Shown here piece after piece: positions 32,801-43,716 of a DNA stretch of 64,000 bases. The stretch is from Eledone cirrhosa (lineage: Eukaryota), in assembly GCA_964016885.1 (NCBI GenBank), contig OZ024741.1, positions 391,406,001 through 391,470,000 of the forward strand. The letters run 5' to 3'. The translations under genes and the position numbers were made by a program. The notes beneath the pieces were generated by a model. The model saw only the letters and a list, made by a program, of their open reading frames with translations, did not search any database and was not told where the DNA came from. Position 1 is the stretch's first letter; each line of letters opens with the position of its first letter.

Positions 32801-35529
32801 ATCGGACAGACCTATGATAGGACGACCTATGATGGGACAGACCTATGATGGGACAGACCTATGATAGGATAGACCTACAATCGGACAGACCTACGATTGG
32901 ACAGACCTATGATCGGACAGAGCTACGATCGGACAGGCCTATGATCGGACAGGCCTATGATCGGGCAGAACTACGATCGGACAGACCTATGATCGGACAG
33001 ACCTATGATCGGACAGACCTATGATCCGACAGACCTATGATAGGACAGACCTACAATCAGACAGACCTATGATAGGACAGACCTATGATCAGACAGAACT
33101 ATGACCGGACAGACCTATGATCGGACAGAACTACGATCGGACAGAACTTTGATCGGACAGACGCATGATCGGACAGACCTATGATCGGAGAGAACTATGA
33201 TAGGACAGACCTATGATCGGACAGACCTATGATGGGACAGACCTATGATCGTACAGAACTATGATCGGACAGATCTATGATGGGACAGACCTATGATCGG
33301 ACAGACCTATGATCGGACAGAACTACGATCGGACAGACCTATGATCGGACAGCCGTACGATCGGACAGACCTATGATAGAACAGACCTATGATTGGACAG
33401 AACTATGATCGGACAGACCTACGATCGGACAGACCTACGATCGGAAAGACCTATGATCGGACAGACCTATGATCGGACAGACCTATGATCGGACAGACCT
33501 ACGAACGGACAGAACTATGATCGGACAGACCTATGATAGGACAGACCTACGATTGGAAAGACCTATGATTGGACAGACCTATCATCGGACATACCTACGA
33601 TCGGACATACCTATGATCGGACAGACCTATGATCGGACAGACCTATGATGGGACAGACCTATGATAGGACAGAACTATGATCGGACAGACCTACTATCGG
33701 ACAGACCTATGATCGGTCAGACCTACGATCGGACAGACCTATGATAGGACAGAACTATGATCGGACAGACTTATGATAGGACAGTCCTATAATCGGACAG
33801 ACCTATGATCGGACAGACCTACGATCGGACAGACCTACGATCGGACAGACCTATGATGGGACAGACCTACGATCGGACAGACCTACGATCGGACAGACCT
33901 ATGATCGGACAGACCTATGATCGGACAGACCTATGATCGGACAGACCTATGATCGGACAGACCTATGATCGGACAGACCTATGATCGGACGGACCTATGA
34001 TCGGACAGACCTATGATCGGACAGACCTACGATCGGACGGACCTATGATCGGACAGACCTATGATCGGACAGACCTATGATCGGACAGACCTATGATCGG
34101 ACAGACCTATGATCGGACGGACCTATGATCGGATAGACCTATGATAAGACAGACCTATGATCGCACAGACCTATGATCGGACAGACGTATGATAAGACAG
34201 ACATATGATCGGACAGACCTATGATCGGACAGACCTATGATCGGATAGACCTATGATAAGACAGACCTATGATCGCACAGACCTATGATCGGACAGACGT
34301 ATGATAAGACAGACCTATGATCGGACAGAGCTACGATCGGACATAACTATGATCGGACAGACCTATGATCGGACAGAGCTACGACCGGACAGACCTATAT
34401 GTTTGAGCTATGACATTCCAGTTTATTTTTTCAGGCATTCTGCAAACCCGACTCCTGTTCCTTGGCTTTCGCGAAGTATAATGCTGTATTGTATCTACAT
34501 TTCCGGTCAAGGGAGAACCCAGCTGTTGTGATTCTTTCCTATATTCTCACAGAGACCCAGCAAAAGACGCCACTATCTCACCTCTGCCTAAGCCATACGA
34601 AACAAAGGGATTATTACCTTATCCAATGTGTTAATTTTTAAGAAGGCAGAGTGTGATTTGAGGAAAATTTGACTGCTATCTTTGCAGACCAAGCGATCCT
34701 CAGTATTCTCCAGACAATGCCACTCTTATTTTTCTTTTCAAAAATGAAAATTGTAAAATTAATTTCAAGTTGAGCATATGTAATAACACGGGCTTTAGCC
34801 GTAAACACCCGGAATGCCGAAACACACTCCTTTAAAAATTGAAAAAAATTACTCCTTCTCTGAAACGCTGTAGTGAGCTTGACACATTGAAATGCAAATA
34901 CTGTATCTCCCAACAGTGACAGTACCCGACTCTTAATTCGTCGGGGTATCGATAGAAAAACAAAACCCTGTTCAATTTTTCGAAACCTCAGGCGTCCTCA
35001 GACCCTGTACTGTCGGGCTCCTCCGCAATATCGGAATGTCACCAGTCCGTCTTAGGAAAGAGCCATACGAGGTAGGGTGGCTATTGCAGCTGGTACCGCT
35101 GGTTATTGTCCGTGGGGCGCCGCCCAAACACAACCTCGTCCAAAGCCCAGGGCCTATCACCCTCTCCCCTTTATCCTCCCTTTTTCTGTGGCCCTAGAGT
35201 CCTTTCTTTTTCTCGCCTTTTGCTCTCATGGCATTTATAGTCCTTTCCTCTACTTTCCCATACAGCCAGATCTGCCCTTCTTTACCCTTTCCCCCTTTTT
35301 TTCATTACTTAATTTTGCTTTTTATGTTTCTTTTTCATATTTATGTAATCATCAATGATTTTAAAGCCAACTTTGCGAATAAAATTTGTTGTGTATTTAT
35401 ACAATGTAAAAAAATGATAGTAAAATGTAGTTTAAAGGGAATTTGGCTGCTATTTCGAACTGGCCGATCGACCATTTAAGTACCAGGAATCATGCAAATA
35501 CTTTTTCTGTAGTACTGAAAGATTGATAG

Positions 35530-35725
35530 AAATGAAGAAGAAGGAAAAAAAAGAAAAAATGACAGATAAAAAGAAAGAAAAAGAAAATAAACAAAAGAAT
35601 GAATGAAAACGAAAGAATGAAAGAAAGAATGGAAGAAAGAATGAAAGAAAAAAGAATTGAAGAAAGAAACGCAAAAAGGAAATAAAGAAGGCATTCAAGA
35701 AAAGAGAGAAAGTAAAGCAGACAAG
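35530..35725. repeat. Purine-rich (GAAA/GAAT)n-like low-complexity tract
   Basis: Imperfect aaagaaagaatg repeats read directly. Confidence 0.85.
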
Positions 35726-35911
35726 AAAGGGCTTTGTTGATAAAAGGAACGTTGTAGAGATATCTTTCCTCTCTGTTGCTTTTGAAATAACCAAGTTAGT
35801 ATCAACTCCAAGTTAGTGAAATAGCAACCGTAGACATCCAGTCCCCCTAAAATAAATGGGACGCCATACAGTGCAACATAACCTCAGACAGGCTGGTGTG
35901 CCGGCTCCATC

Positions 35912-36099
35912 AATAATAATTGTTTCTACTTTTGGCACAAGACCAGCAATTACCCAGTACATTACTGGTACTTTATTTTATCGACCCCGTAAGGATGAAA
36001 GGCAAAGTTAAGCTCGGCGGGATTTGAACTCAGACCGTAAAGGGACGTAACTATGCTAGAAAGCATGGTGTCCGACTCTACCGATACTGCCAATTCACC
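35912..36099 (-). mobile_element. tRNA-derived SINE (octopus-type family)
   Basis: On the minus strand: A-box-like TGGCAGTATCGG, B-box GAGTTCAAATCC, central GCCTTTCATCCTTACGGGGTCGATAAAATAAAGTACCAG and a (ATT)n tail. Homologous copies occur elsewhere in the window. Confidence 0.85.
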
Positions 36100-36100
36100 A

Positions 36101-36247
36101 TAATGGTGATTTCTACTATAAGTACAAGGCTAGTAATTTGGGGAGCGAGAAAAGTCGATTAAATGGACCCCAGTGCACTACTGGTGCTTTATTTTATCGA
36201 CCCCGTAAGGATGAAAGGCAAAGTTAACCTCGGCGGGATTTGAACTC
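36101..36247 (-). mobile_element. SINE copy of a related subfamily, 5' truncated after the B-box
   Basis: Shares tttattttatcgaccccgtaaggatgaaaggcaaagttaacctcggcgggatttgaactc with the adjacent copy. Its 3' part is different and longer (aaagtcgattaaatggaccccagt). Confidence 0.8.
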
Positions 36248-36529
36248 TGCCTTCGTTCAACAAATTGCTGAGAAATGAGCCCCTCTCTCTCCGATTTTCC
36301 TTTTCAAATGAAATTTGAAAAAGTTATAAGCACCTTATCTCTGTACTATATAGAGCTTTGTCAAACTAAAATACGAATAGACTTTATAAAGAACAGGTTA
36401 TTGTAGATTTTTGTTTTAAAAATCTAAAATCTAGCCTCTGGGTCTATGAAAGAAAACCATCAATTGAAAAGGATTGTTATTTAATTTGAAATCTTCCCAC
36501 ATAGTATTTTGCTATAAATAGTATCTTCA

Positions 36530-36797
36530 TAATGATTTCTAATTCAGGCACGAGGCCAAACAATTTTGTGCGTGAAGGGGAAAGTCGATTTAAATCGACA
36601 CCAGTACTTAACTGGTATTTTATTATTTGGAATCCCTGAAGAAGTTGACGTAAAGAGCCATAACTGAATGCCGCAACGCATTTTGTCTAAATACTGGTTT
36701 CTGATTTAGGTACAACGCCAACAATTTTGGGGCGGGGAAGGTCGGTTAAATCGACCCCAGTGTGTTACTGTTACTTTATTTTATTAACCCCGTAAGG
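36530..36797 (-). mobile_element. Two degenerate, truncated SINE copies in tandem
   Basis: Recurring tttct..t.aggca/tacaa.gccaa.caatttt, aagtcgatttaaatcgac(a/c)ccagt and actttattttattaaccccgtaagg motifs match the SINE 3' half. Confidence 0.7.
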
Positions 36798-37467
36798 GGT
36801 TTATAGTGTTACAGAAATATCTGTTACAATCCAACATGTTAAGCAGCCATTCAGACAGTTAGAATTTGATTTATGCACACGTATGTGCACATACCACTGG
36901 CACAGACAATCCAGGTCTCACGTCCATGTGTGCTTGTATCTCTTGTGCGCGCGTTTGAGTGTGCGTGGCACTCAGTGCCGCGGTTGTGGCGCCATTAGTT
37001 TTTAATGTTTCCTAACATTTACTCCGTCCCCACCACTTCCTAACTCTATCCACCTCCACCAACGTAATGACTTCACGCTTTGTAGCTTAGCCGTTTACGG
37101 TTGCACCACCATATTGTCGTATCTGAAGCTAAGCAACTTCTCTTGGCCACACCACGTAATGAAATAATAAATTCAACGATTATATTTGTTACAACCTCCT
37201 TTCTATACAGCCCCTCTCGGCTGTTACTGAGTATATATGTATATGTAGAAATCTATATACATTCTTGTACATTCGCCTACGCTGGTGGGTTCACGCACAC
37301 TCATTCACACACCTACACTCTCACAGCAGCCAACCTTTCACGGTCCAACGCCCTTCTTTCAAACACACAAACACACGTACACGCACACACACGCGCGCTC
37401 GCGTCTACTAAAGCCAAGTAGACGCACAGCCAATAACTTCTAAACGTCTAACAATGACATACCCTCC

Positions 37468-39001
37468 TTGTATGGGCTCCGCAAAGACCATAAGACAACC
37501 AACAACCCGACGACAGGACCACCAACAAGACCTGTATGCGGAGCTAATATTGCTAGCAACTACAGGATCTCCTACTTCCTCTCTATGGTTATACGCCCCA
37601 TAATTAAGATGTCCCCAGATATATGTGAGAGTGCAGGGGACTTCCTCAGCAGAATCAATGAATGCAACAACAACAAAAACTTAACTAACTGCATAATAGG
37701 CAGTATGGATGTAGTATCACTGTACCCATCCATTAACATTGATTTTGCTGTGGAAAAATTTGTGGAAATAATCAGTGAGAGCAAAGTGGAGTTCTGCGAC
37801 GTCGACACAGATGAACTGAGCCTCCTACTTAGACTTACTTATGACACCGAATACCTTGATAATCATGACGTTAGCTGTTTCTGCCCCAGTAGACCTATAA
37901 GAGGTAGACACCCCCACCATAACCTCAATGGCTAAAAAGACTCCCATGAGAAGATGGAATGGATGGACCAAAGCCATACGGACACCCAAAAACAATGATC
38001 AGGTGAGAAAAATGGTCGCACATGCAATAGGGGCTAGTATTAAAACTACCCTAAAGGGCCATATGTTTAAATTTAACGAAAAGATCTACACCCAGAAATA
38101 GGCAGCAGCCATTGGCATCAGCATAGCTGGCGATGTTACCAATCTATTTATGGTATGGTGGGAGAGGAGACTCAGAGAACTCCTTGAAGAGAGCTCCATA
38201 GACCTCGTCATGTACTCTCGTTACGTAGACGATATTAATATAGTAATAAGAACACCCCCACAAGAGAGTAGTAACGAACATGATTTAGAATATAGCACAA
38301 TGGAAAGCATCCAGCAGATAGCTAACTCCCTTCCAAACACTACCCTTTTGACTACCCTTCCAAACACCCTAACAATAGACTACCAATATTAGACACGGAA
38401 CTGTGGATAAACACTATAGACGAGAGGGCCCAAATTCTCCACTCACATTATGGCCTCCAAATACCTGATACTCAAAAACTCAGCAATGTCCAATAGTGTT
38501 AAGTTTAATATTCTAATCGCAGACTTGGTAAGAGTGATGAAGAATGTGTCCCGTATGTGCGACCTAACTGAAATGGAAAGACACATCCAACACTTCATCA
38601 ATCGCATGAAGTTCTCTGGCTACAACCAAAGAGACAGAATCAGGGTATACAAAGGAACCACGGAGAAATATAAGACCCTCATAGAAATGGACATGAAAGG
38701 AATTTGCCCATTATACAGGAGCAAATCATGGAATAGCTTAGATAGGACTAAACATAAGATAGGGAAAGCCACTTCATGGTACGACAACCAGAGATACCAG
38801 AGTGTCATGTTTGTGGATGCTACCTCTGGAGGGAAATTAGCTAAGCAATGTAGAAAAGCCCTAAGAAAGACCAATTTAAAGATTAAAGTGGTAGAAAAGC
38901 CAGGAACTACCATAAAATCCCTGATCAGCAAGACATACCCCTTCAAGAAAATCCACTGTACAAATAAGAAATGTGTTATATGTAAAATGAACCCCAGATA
39001 A
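37468..39001 (+). pseudogene. PLE reverse transcriptase with thumb and Cys linker, disrupted by frameshifts and a stop
   Basis: Motifs: YGLRKDHK...PTRPVC; GSMDVVSLYPSI; FKFNEKIYTQK*AAAIG (frame after ~37915, stop near 38099); YSRYVDDI (RT catalytic YxDD); RLPILDTELW; MASK...SAM...RMKFSGY; KVVEKPG...CTNKKCVIC. No GIY-YIG domain is visible. Confidence 0.88.
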
Positions 39002-39251
39002 ATTGTAAAACAAACAATACTGACTTAAGGGAAATATAAATAAATAAATATATACACAAGTACAATAACAACAAACACATATAAACACACACTAATGAAC
39101 AAAGATAGAATACAAAAACAAAAACACTCAAACGCGAACACACACACACCAAACATTATACACACACGCAAACGCATGCACAGAGACAAGAATAAATAAA
39201 TAAATAAAATAAAAATGGCGTAGACATTACAATACAATGGGAGGAAACATA

Positions 39252-39305
39252 ATAGTACCACTGATGATGTTGCAGATGTGCGACGAAAGAACTTTGATAG
39301 ACTAT
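39252..39305 (+). ncRNA. Minimal type I hammerhead ribozyme in the PLE pseudo-LTR
   Basis: atagtacca-CTGATGA-t-GTTGCA-gatg-TGCGAC-GAAA-gaac-TT-tgatagactat. The core is conserved, stem II is 6 bp (one G-U), stem III is minimal and stem I is imperfect. Confidence 0.75.
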
Positions 39306-39489
39306 ATATATATATTTATATCTGTATTTTTAACCACTGGTTAATCAATGATAAATATTGACTGCCAAATAAATTAACTATGGAGGTATAAAAGATACAG
39401 AAGCGAAAACAAACCCAAACCAAACAGTGAGTGTGTTCTGTTATTATTTGTAGCAATATTATAACAATATGACCCTCCCCAAGTACAAC

Positions 39490-39724
39490 AATATATATAT
39501 GTATGTATATATATATCCTTCATATATATGTATATATATGTATGTTGTGTGTGTATATGTGTGACTGTGTGTGTTTGTGTATATCAAAACTTTTAAAACT
39601 AATTTAACTTTTTTTAAACAATTTTAACTTTAACTTTTTATAATTCTTATAACTTATTATTTTAACGTTTTAAAATTTTATAACTTTTAAACTTTCTAAA
39701 CATTTTAAACTTTTTTTTTTTTTT
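39490..39724. repeat. (TA)n/(TG)n microsatellite followed by an AT-rich ttttaacttt-like tract and poly-T
   Basis: Read directly. Confidence 0.85.
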
Positions 39725-39729
39725 GCTCT

Positions 39730-40620
39730 CGATCGGGTAAGCTGGACTCCTTAGTCTTGCTAAAATAACCAGCCTAGGAAATGGACAACTCCTATTCTCA
39801 AAGCCTGCGATTATAACATCAACTAGCATCATCTGGCATCATCCACCAGTAAAATATTTGATGTTATAATGGAGAGAGTGTATGGCAGAAACAACTGATT
39901 ACTGTAAACAAATCATTTGTGCAGGTTACTCAGCAGATATTTTGTAATCTTGTGTGCGCCTTAAATACCATAGTAATGAAAGAGTTGCAATGGGTGAAGG
40001 GAGAAGATGCTGCTAGAATTCTATAGCATGAACTTTGCACATAGGTGGTGAAAGGTAGATGGCCGTCTCTAATAACACATGTGAGAAATTGACAGATTCG
40101 TGTCCTCCTTTCACAACATGCAGCTCTTTTTAGGGTGACACTGCTTTCCTCTTTAGAGGAGGGGTCAAGAAAATGAGACTTAAAATTGTGTGCTAAATCT
40201 GGTCATCAGGTGCAGATGACTTGCACCCCAAACAAAATGTACGTAACATCATGGAATGTGAGAATTCTGCAGGATACAAAGCGAAATCCCGAATGCAGGA
40301 CAGCTATCATAGCTTTCTCTTATCGCAGCAAAACATCAGCATAGCGGCTGTTTCAGAAACTAGGTTTACAGGAAATGACCAATTAGAAGAGGTAGAATGA
40401 GGCTTTTACCGGTAAATTACCTGGTGCAAAAAGGGAATCTGGTGTTGGATTGGTTATTAGATGTGATTTATTAAACAACTTGAACCACTTCCTATAGGTA
40501 ACAATGGCATGATTATGATTATGAGCCTTCGCATGAAAATAGGAAAAAATGGTATTGTTCATTTTTTTAGTTTCTACACCCCACTCGTCATTTGAGCTTA
40601 AAGAGGAATTCTTCTGTCTT
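39730..40620 (+). mobile_element. RTE-clade LINE 5' fragment: putative 5' UTR plus decayed AP endonuclease
   Basis: From ATG 40237, read across frameshifts: YVTSWNVRILQD..NPECRTAIIA / NISIAAVSETRFTGNDQLEE / KRESGVGLVIR / LPIGNNGMIMIMSLR...FSFYTP. This matches the WNVR, xSETR, GVG and YAP motifs of the RTE/BovB APE. The 5' boundary is uncertain. Confidence 0.8.
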
Positions 40621-41019
40621 TGTATGATACATGGATAGATAACTATAGATAACTGCCGTTCGACTATTGATCATTTTGTCAACACTGCCGTGTGTGTGTG
40701 TGTGTGTATGTATGTGTGTGAGAGAAAAAGAGAGAAAGACAGAGAGAGAGATAGTAAGATGTCAAATTACTGTTTCACAGATAAATCTAGCAGAAGGTGA
40801 CTGTTACTTGACACTTGCGTTTTATTATCATGATATATGTTACATATGAGTGTGCGTGTGAGTAAGTATACCTCTCTCTCTCTTTCTCATTCGCTTTCCA
40901 TTTCTCTCGTTTTACAAGATGTCAAATCAAAAGGATTATCTTTAATCGATAGTTGTAGATCTATCAATAAATATAGAATTACATGAAAGGACAGTCTAAC
41001 TGCTTGCATGTCTGTTTGT

Positions 41020-41315
41020 CTTTCTCTCTCCCTCTCTCTCTTTCTGTATATATATGTGTGTGTGTGTGTAAGAGAGAGGTAAAGAGAGAGAGAGAGAGAA
41101 AAAAAAGAGAGGGTGAGAGAGAGGGGGAGTGAGAGAGAGAGAAAAAGAGAGGCTGAGAGAGGGGGGTGAGAGAGAGAAAAAGAGAGGCTGAGAGAGGGGG
41201 GGGTGAGAGAGAGAAAAAGAGAGGCTGAGAGAGAGGGTGTGTGTGAGAGGGGGGCGAGTGTGAGAAAGAGAGAGAAAGAAGGAGAAAATGAGAGATAGCT
41301 AGCTAGATAGAGAGA
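41020..41315. repeat. (CT)n/(TG)n/(GA)n microsatellite with ~30-bp sub-repeats (gagagagaaaaagagaggctgagagagggg)
   Basis: Read directly. Confidence 0.85.
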
Positions 41316-41412
41316 TTTCCCAACGGTATTTTTTTAAATAAAGAACTGATAGTTTATTGCAAACTATTGTATCCAGAAAAATGTAGTTTGCTTGAAGCAT
41401 GTATGTAATATA

Positions 41413-41712
41413 TGGAAAGTGATAGAAGGCTAGACAATGTAAAATAGACGGTAAGATAAAGACAACGATAAAGTTAGTTACTTCGCAATCTTTTCTTTAT
41501 ATTTTTTTTTTATTTCTTTTGAAAAAATGTTCCGGGAGATGAAACCAGAACATTTTTCTCTGAGAGTTCCTTACACTCTGAAGAAAGGAATTTCATGTCC
41601 AGAAATATTAGGACGAAAGAAAAAAAAAAATACCAAGCAACTAACTGTTTCGTTACCTTCATCTTACCGTCCATTTTGCATTGTTTAGCCTTCTTACATA
41701 TATCACTTTCCA
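41413..41712. repeat. Diverged inverted repeat (~70-80-bp arms), possible old MITE
   Basis: tggaaagtgata-gaaggctagacaatgtaaaatagacggtaagat...gttagttactt (41413-41483) is the reverse complement of aagcaactaac...atcttaccgtccattttgcattgtttagccttc...tatcactttcca (41635-41712). Confidence 0.7.
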
Positions 41713-42219
41713 CGTTATATTGTATTCAGTGTAGTAGGCAGAGGGAAGAAACATCCCTATTGTATTTCTCCGTTAAGTTTTTAATCAATTAGATTAAATG
41801 CTGGAGTCGGGTCCATAACTTTCATGAGGACCTTGAGCCAATCATCTACGAAACGCGCACAACAGATCGATACTTGATAACAACATAAATACACGTAAAC
41901 CAAACTTCCTCGTTTGTTTGTTGCTGCTTTTTTTTTTCTTATTGTATACACTCTGCCTGTGAATATATAATGTAATAAGTTGCACACACAGATGCATAAA
42001 TACATAAATATATGTGTATGTAATGTCTCGCCTTGACCAGTTTTGCTCAATGACCGAACGAGTTAAAATACTCAGAAAAATTAAAAGAATCAATTTAATC
42101 AGAGTTATTTATCAAATTATAAATGCGAGGAAAGAATAGACAAAAAATTACCTATTTTTTCTTGAAAGTCCCTATTAGTTTCATTGACTATCTTCAGCAC
42201 TGGTCCACCAGAGAAGTGA

Positions 42220-43446
42220 ACTTCCTAAAGACAAGGATGACAAAGTATATTTATAAAGAGGAAAATACGAATTTGAAGATGTTAGGGTCTTTTATTAATT
42301 GAGCTGTTATACATATTTCAATGACGATAGATATCGTGATTTCTTCAGACAGCAAAAATTGATTAAAAGGTAACATTTCTGAGGTAATTTTGGGTGGGAG
42401 GGAACGGACTAAAAAGATGTGTATGTTTTTGCTTCGAGTGTCCGCTCCCTACTAACTTTCATTGCATTTCCTCTCCTTCATTCTCTCGATAATTCTTTTT
42501 GTCTTTATATATATCTATATATCTTCTTCCTTTGTTTTCTTTATAATCCCATTTTTCCCGTTCATCCTTACTCATTTGTACCTTTTCTTACATTTTTCCT
42601 TAAATCATCAATGTATTATTTGTCTCCACCGGATTGATCGGGTACCAACTACTTGATTATTTAATTTTAATTTTTATATTCGTTACAGTAGATACTTTAA
42701 ATATTGCCTGTCATTCTCGACATCCATTGGGGAGTCATAACAAGTTAATATCCAGCTCGGAACCCAATCCCTAATACCAATATATACTTTGCTAGTTAAA
42801 TATTATTCTTAGCATATTGACTGTTGTCTAGTTTTCTGGACTTCTATCTTTTAACTCTTAACGTCTGAAATTTAGAATTTGTTTGGATTTTCGAGTTGTG
42901 AAACCTTAAATATTTTCTATAAATTATATTAACCATACCAGTAGGTAACTTTCTCACTTTGGGGTTGATGGTCTGTATATTATCCCGCCATAAACGGGTA
43001 TGAATGCACTAAAATTCTGCTGCTCACCAAAGCTAGCCGTAAATAAATTTGGCCGAATTGAACTTCCACTGACCATATAGTGTTGTCGGCTGAGGTGGTG
43101 GGGGACTGGTAGCTAGAGAGAACAAACAAGGTTGGTAGTATTCTGGGTGTAGTTGAGTAGTCAGCCACCCACACCCCTGTGATTACGCAGTGCTGTCTAG
43201 ATGTTCTGAAAGTTAGAAGAGAGTGGACACTCAAAGCAAACACATACACTTTTTTAGTCTGCTCCCTTCCACCCAAAATTGCCTCAGAAATGTTACCTTT
43301 TACTCAATTTTTGCTGTCTGAAGAAATCACGATATCTATCGTCATTGAAATATGTATAACAGCTCAATTAATAAAAGACCCTAACATCTTCAACTTCGTA
43401 TTTTCCTCTTTATAAATATACTTTGTCATCCTTGTCTTTAGGAAGT
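42220..43446. mobile_element. ~1.23-kb element with ~240-bp long inverted terminal repeats (non-autonomous, family unassigned)
   Basis: Arms 42220-42461 and 43207-43446 are near-perfect reverse complements (acttcctaaagacaaggatgacaaagtatatttataaagagg... / ...cctctttataaatatactttgtcatccttgtctttaggaagt). No intact ORF or clear TSD is seen. Confidence 0.75.
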
Positions 43447-43488
43447 AATATGACGTTGAGTGCTAGAAGTGAATTACATCCTTGATTT

Positions 43489-43540
43489 ATGTGAACTTAA
43501 TGGTATAAGCCCAATTGGGCTTATACCATTAAGTTCACAT
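43489..43540. repeat. Perfect 52-bp spacerless palindrome
   Basis: atgtgaacttaatggtataagcccaa|ttgggcttataccattaagttcacat. Confidence 0.97.
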
Positions 43541-43565
43541 GAAGATATGTCACTATCTTAACACC

Positions 43566-43716
43566 GGCAGTATCGGTAGAGGGTCGGACGCCATGCTTTG
43601 ACGCATAGAGTTACGGTCCTTGCCATTCTGAGTTCAAATCCCGCCGTCGATAAAATAAAGTAGCAGTAATACACTGGGATAATTGCTGGCATTGTGCCAA
43701 AAGTAGAAACAATTAT
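43566..43716 (+). mobile_element. tRNA-derived SINE copy with an internal deletion
   Basis: ggcagtatcggtagagggtcggacgcc...GAGTTCAAATCCcgcc|gtcgataaaataaag...gccaaaagtagaaacaatt. It is the reverse complement of the 44874-45054 copy, minus the central ctttcatccttacgg segment. Confidence 0.85.

Larger units (their letters stand above)
1..34398. repeat. 16-bp tandem satellite array, consensus GGACAGACCTATGATC (about 2150 units; continues beyond the window start)
   Basis: Unit read directly throughout. Common variants are TAT/TAC, ACC/AAC and GATCGG/GATAGG/GATGGG. The array stops abruptly at ...ggacagacctat|atgtttgag (~34398). Confidence 0.99.
37441..39500 (+). mobile_element. Penelope-like retroelement (PLE), 5' truncated and decayed, with a 3' pseudo-LTR
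   Basis: PLE-type RT fragments are followed by a Cys-rich linker and a non-coding 3' region that contains a hammerhead motif and ends ccctccccaagtacaacaa(ta)n. Confidence 0.85.

Noticed and set aside
1-34398. ORFs with MIGQTYDRTDLRSDRP repeats as a repeat protein
   Set aside because: These are translations of the 16-bp unit cycling through three frames. They are short and open only where variants remove the TGA.
34400-35170. GC-richer segment with minus-strand ORFs as a LINE ORF1 or host exon
   Set aside because: No recognisable motif could be supported and the frames are broken. It needs a BLASTX or Dfam search.
37468-39001. RT as a bacterial retron, group II intron or telomerase, or as a selenocysteine-recoding Naiad PLE
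   Set aside because: The motifs and the pseudo-LTR hammerhead fit a PLE. The disruptions are frameshifts and a TAG, not in-frame TGA codons.
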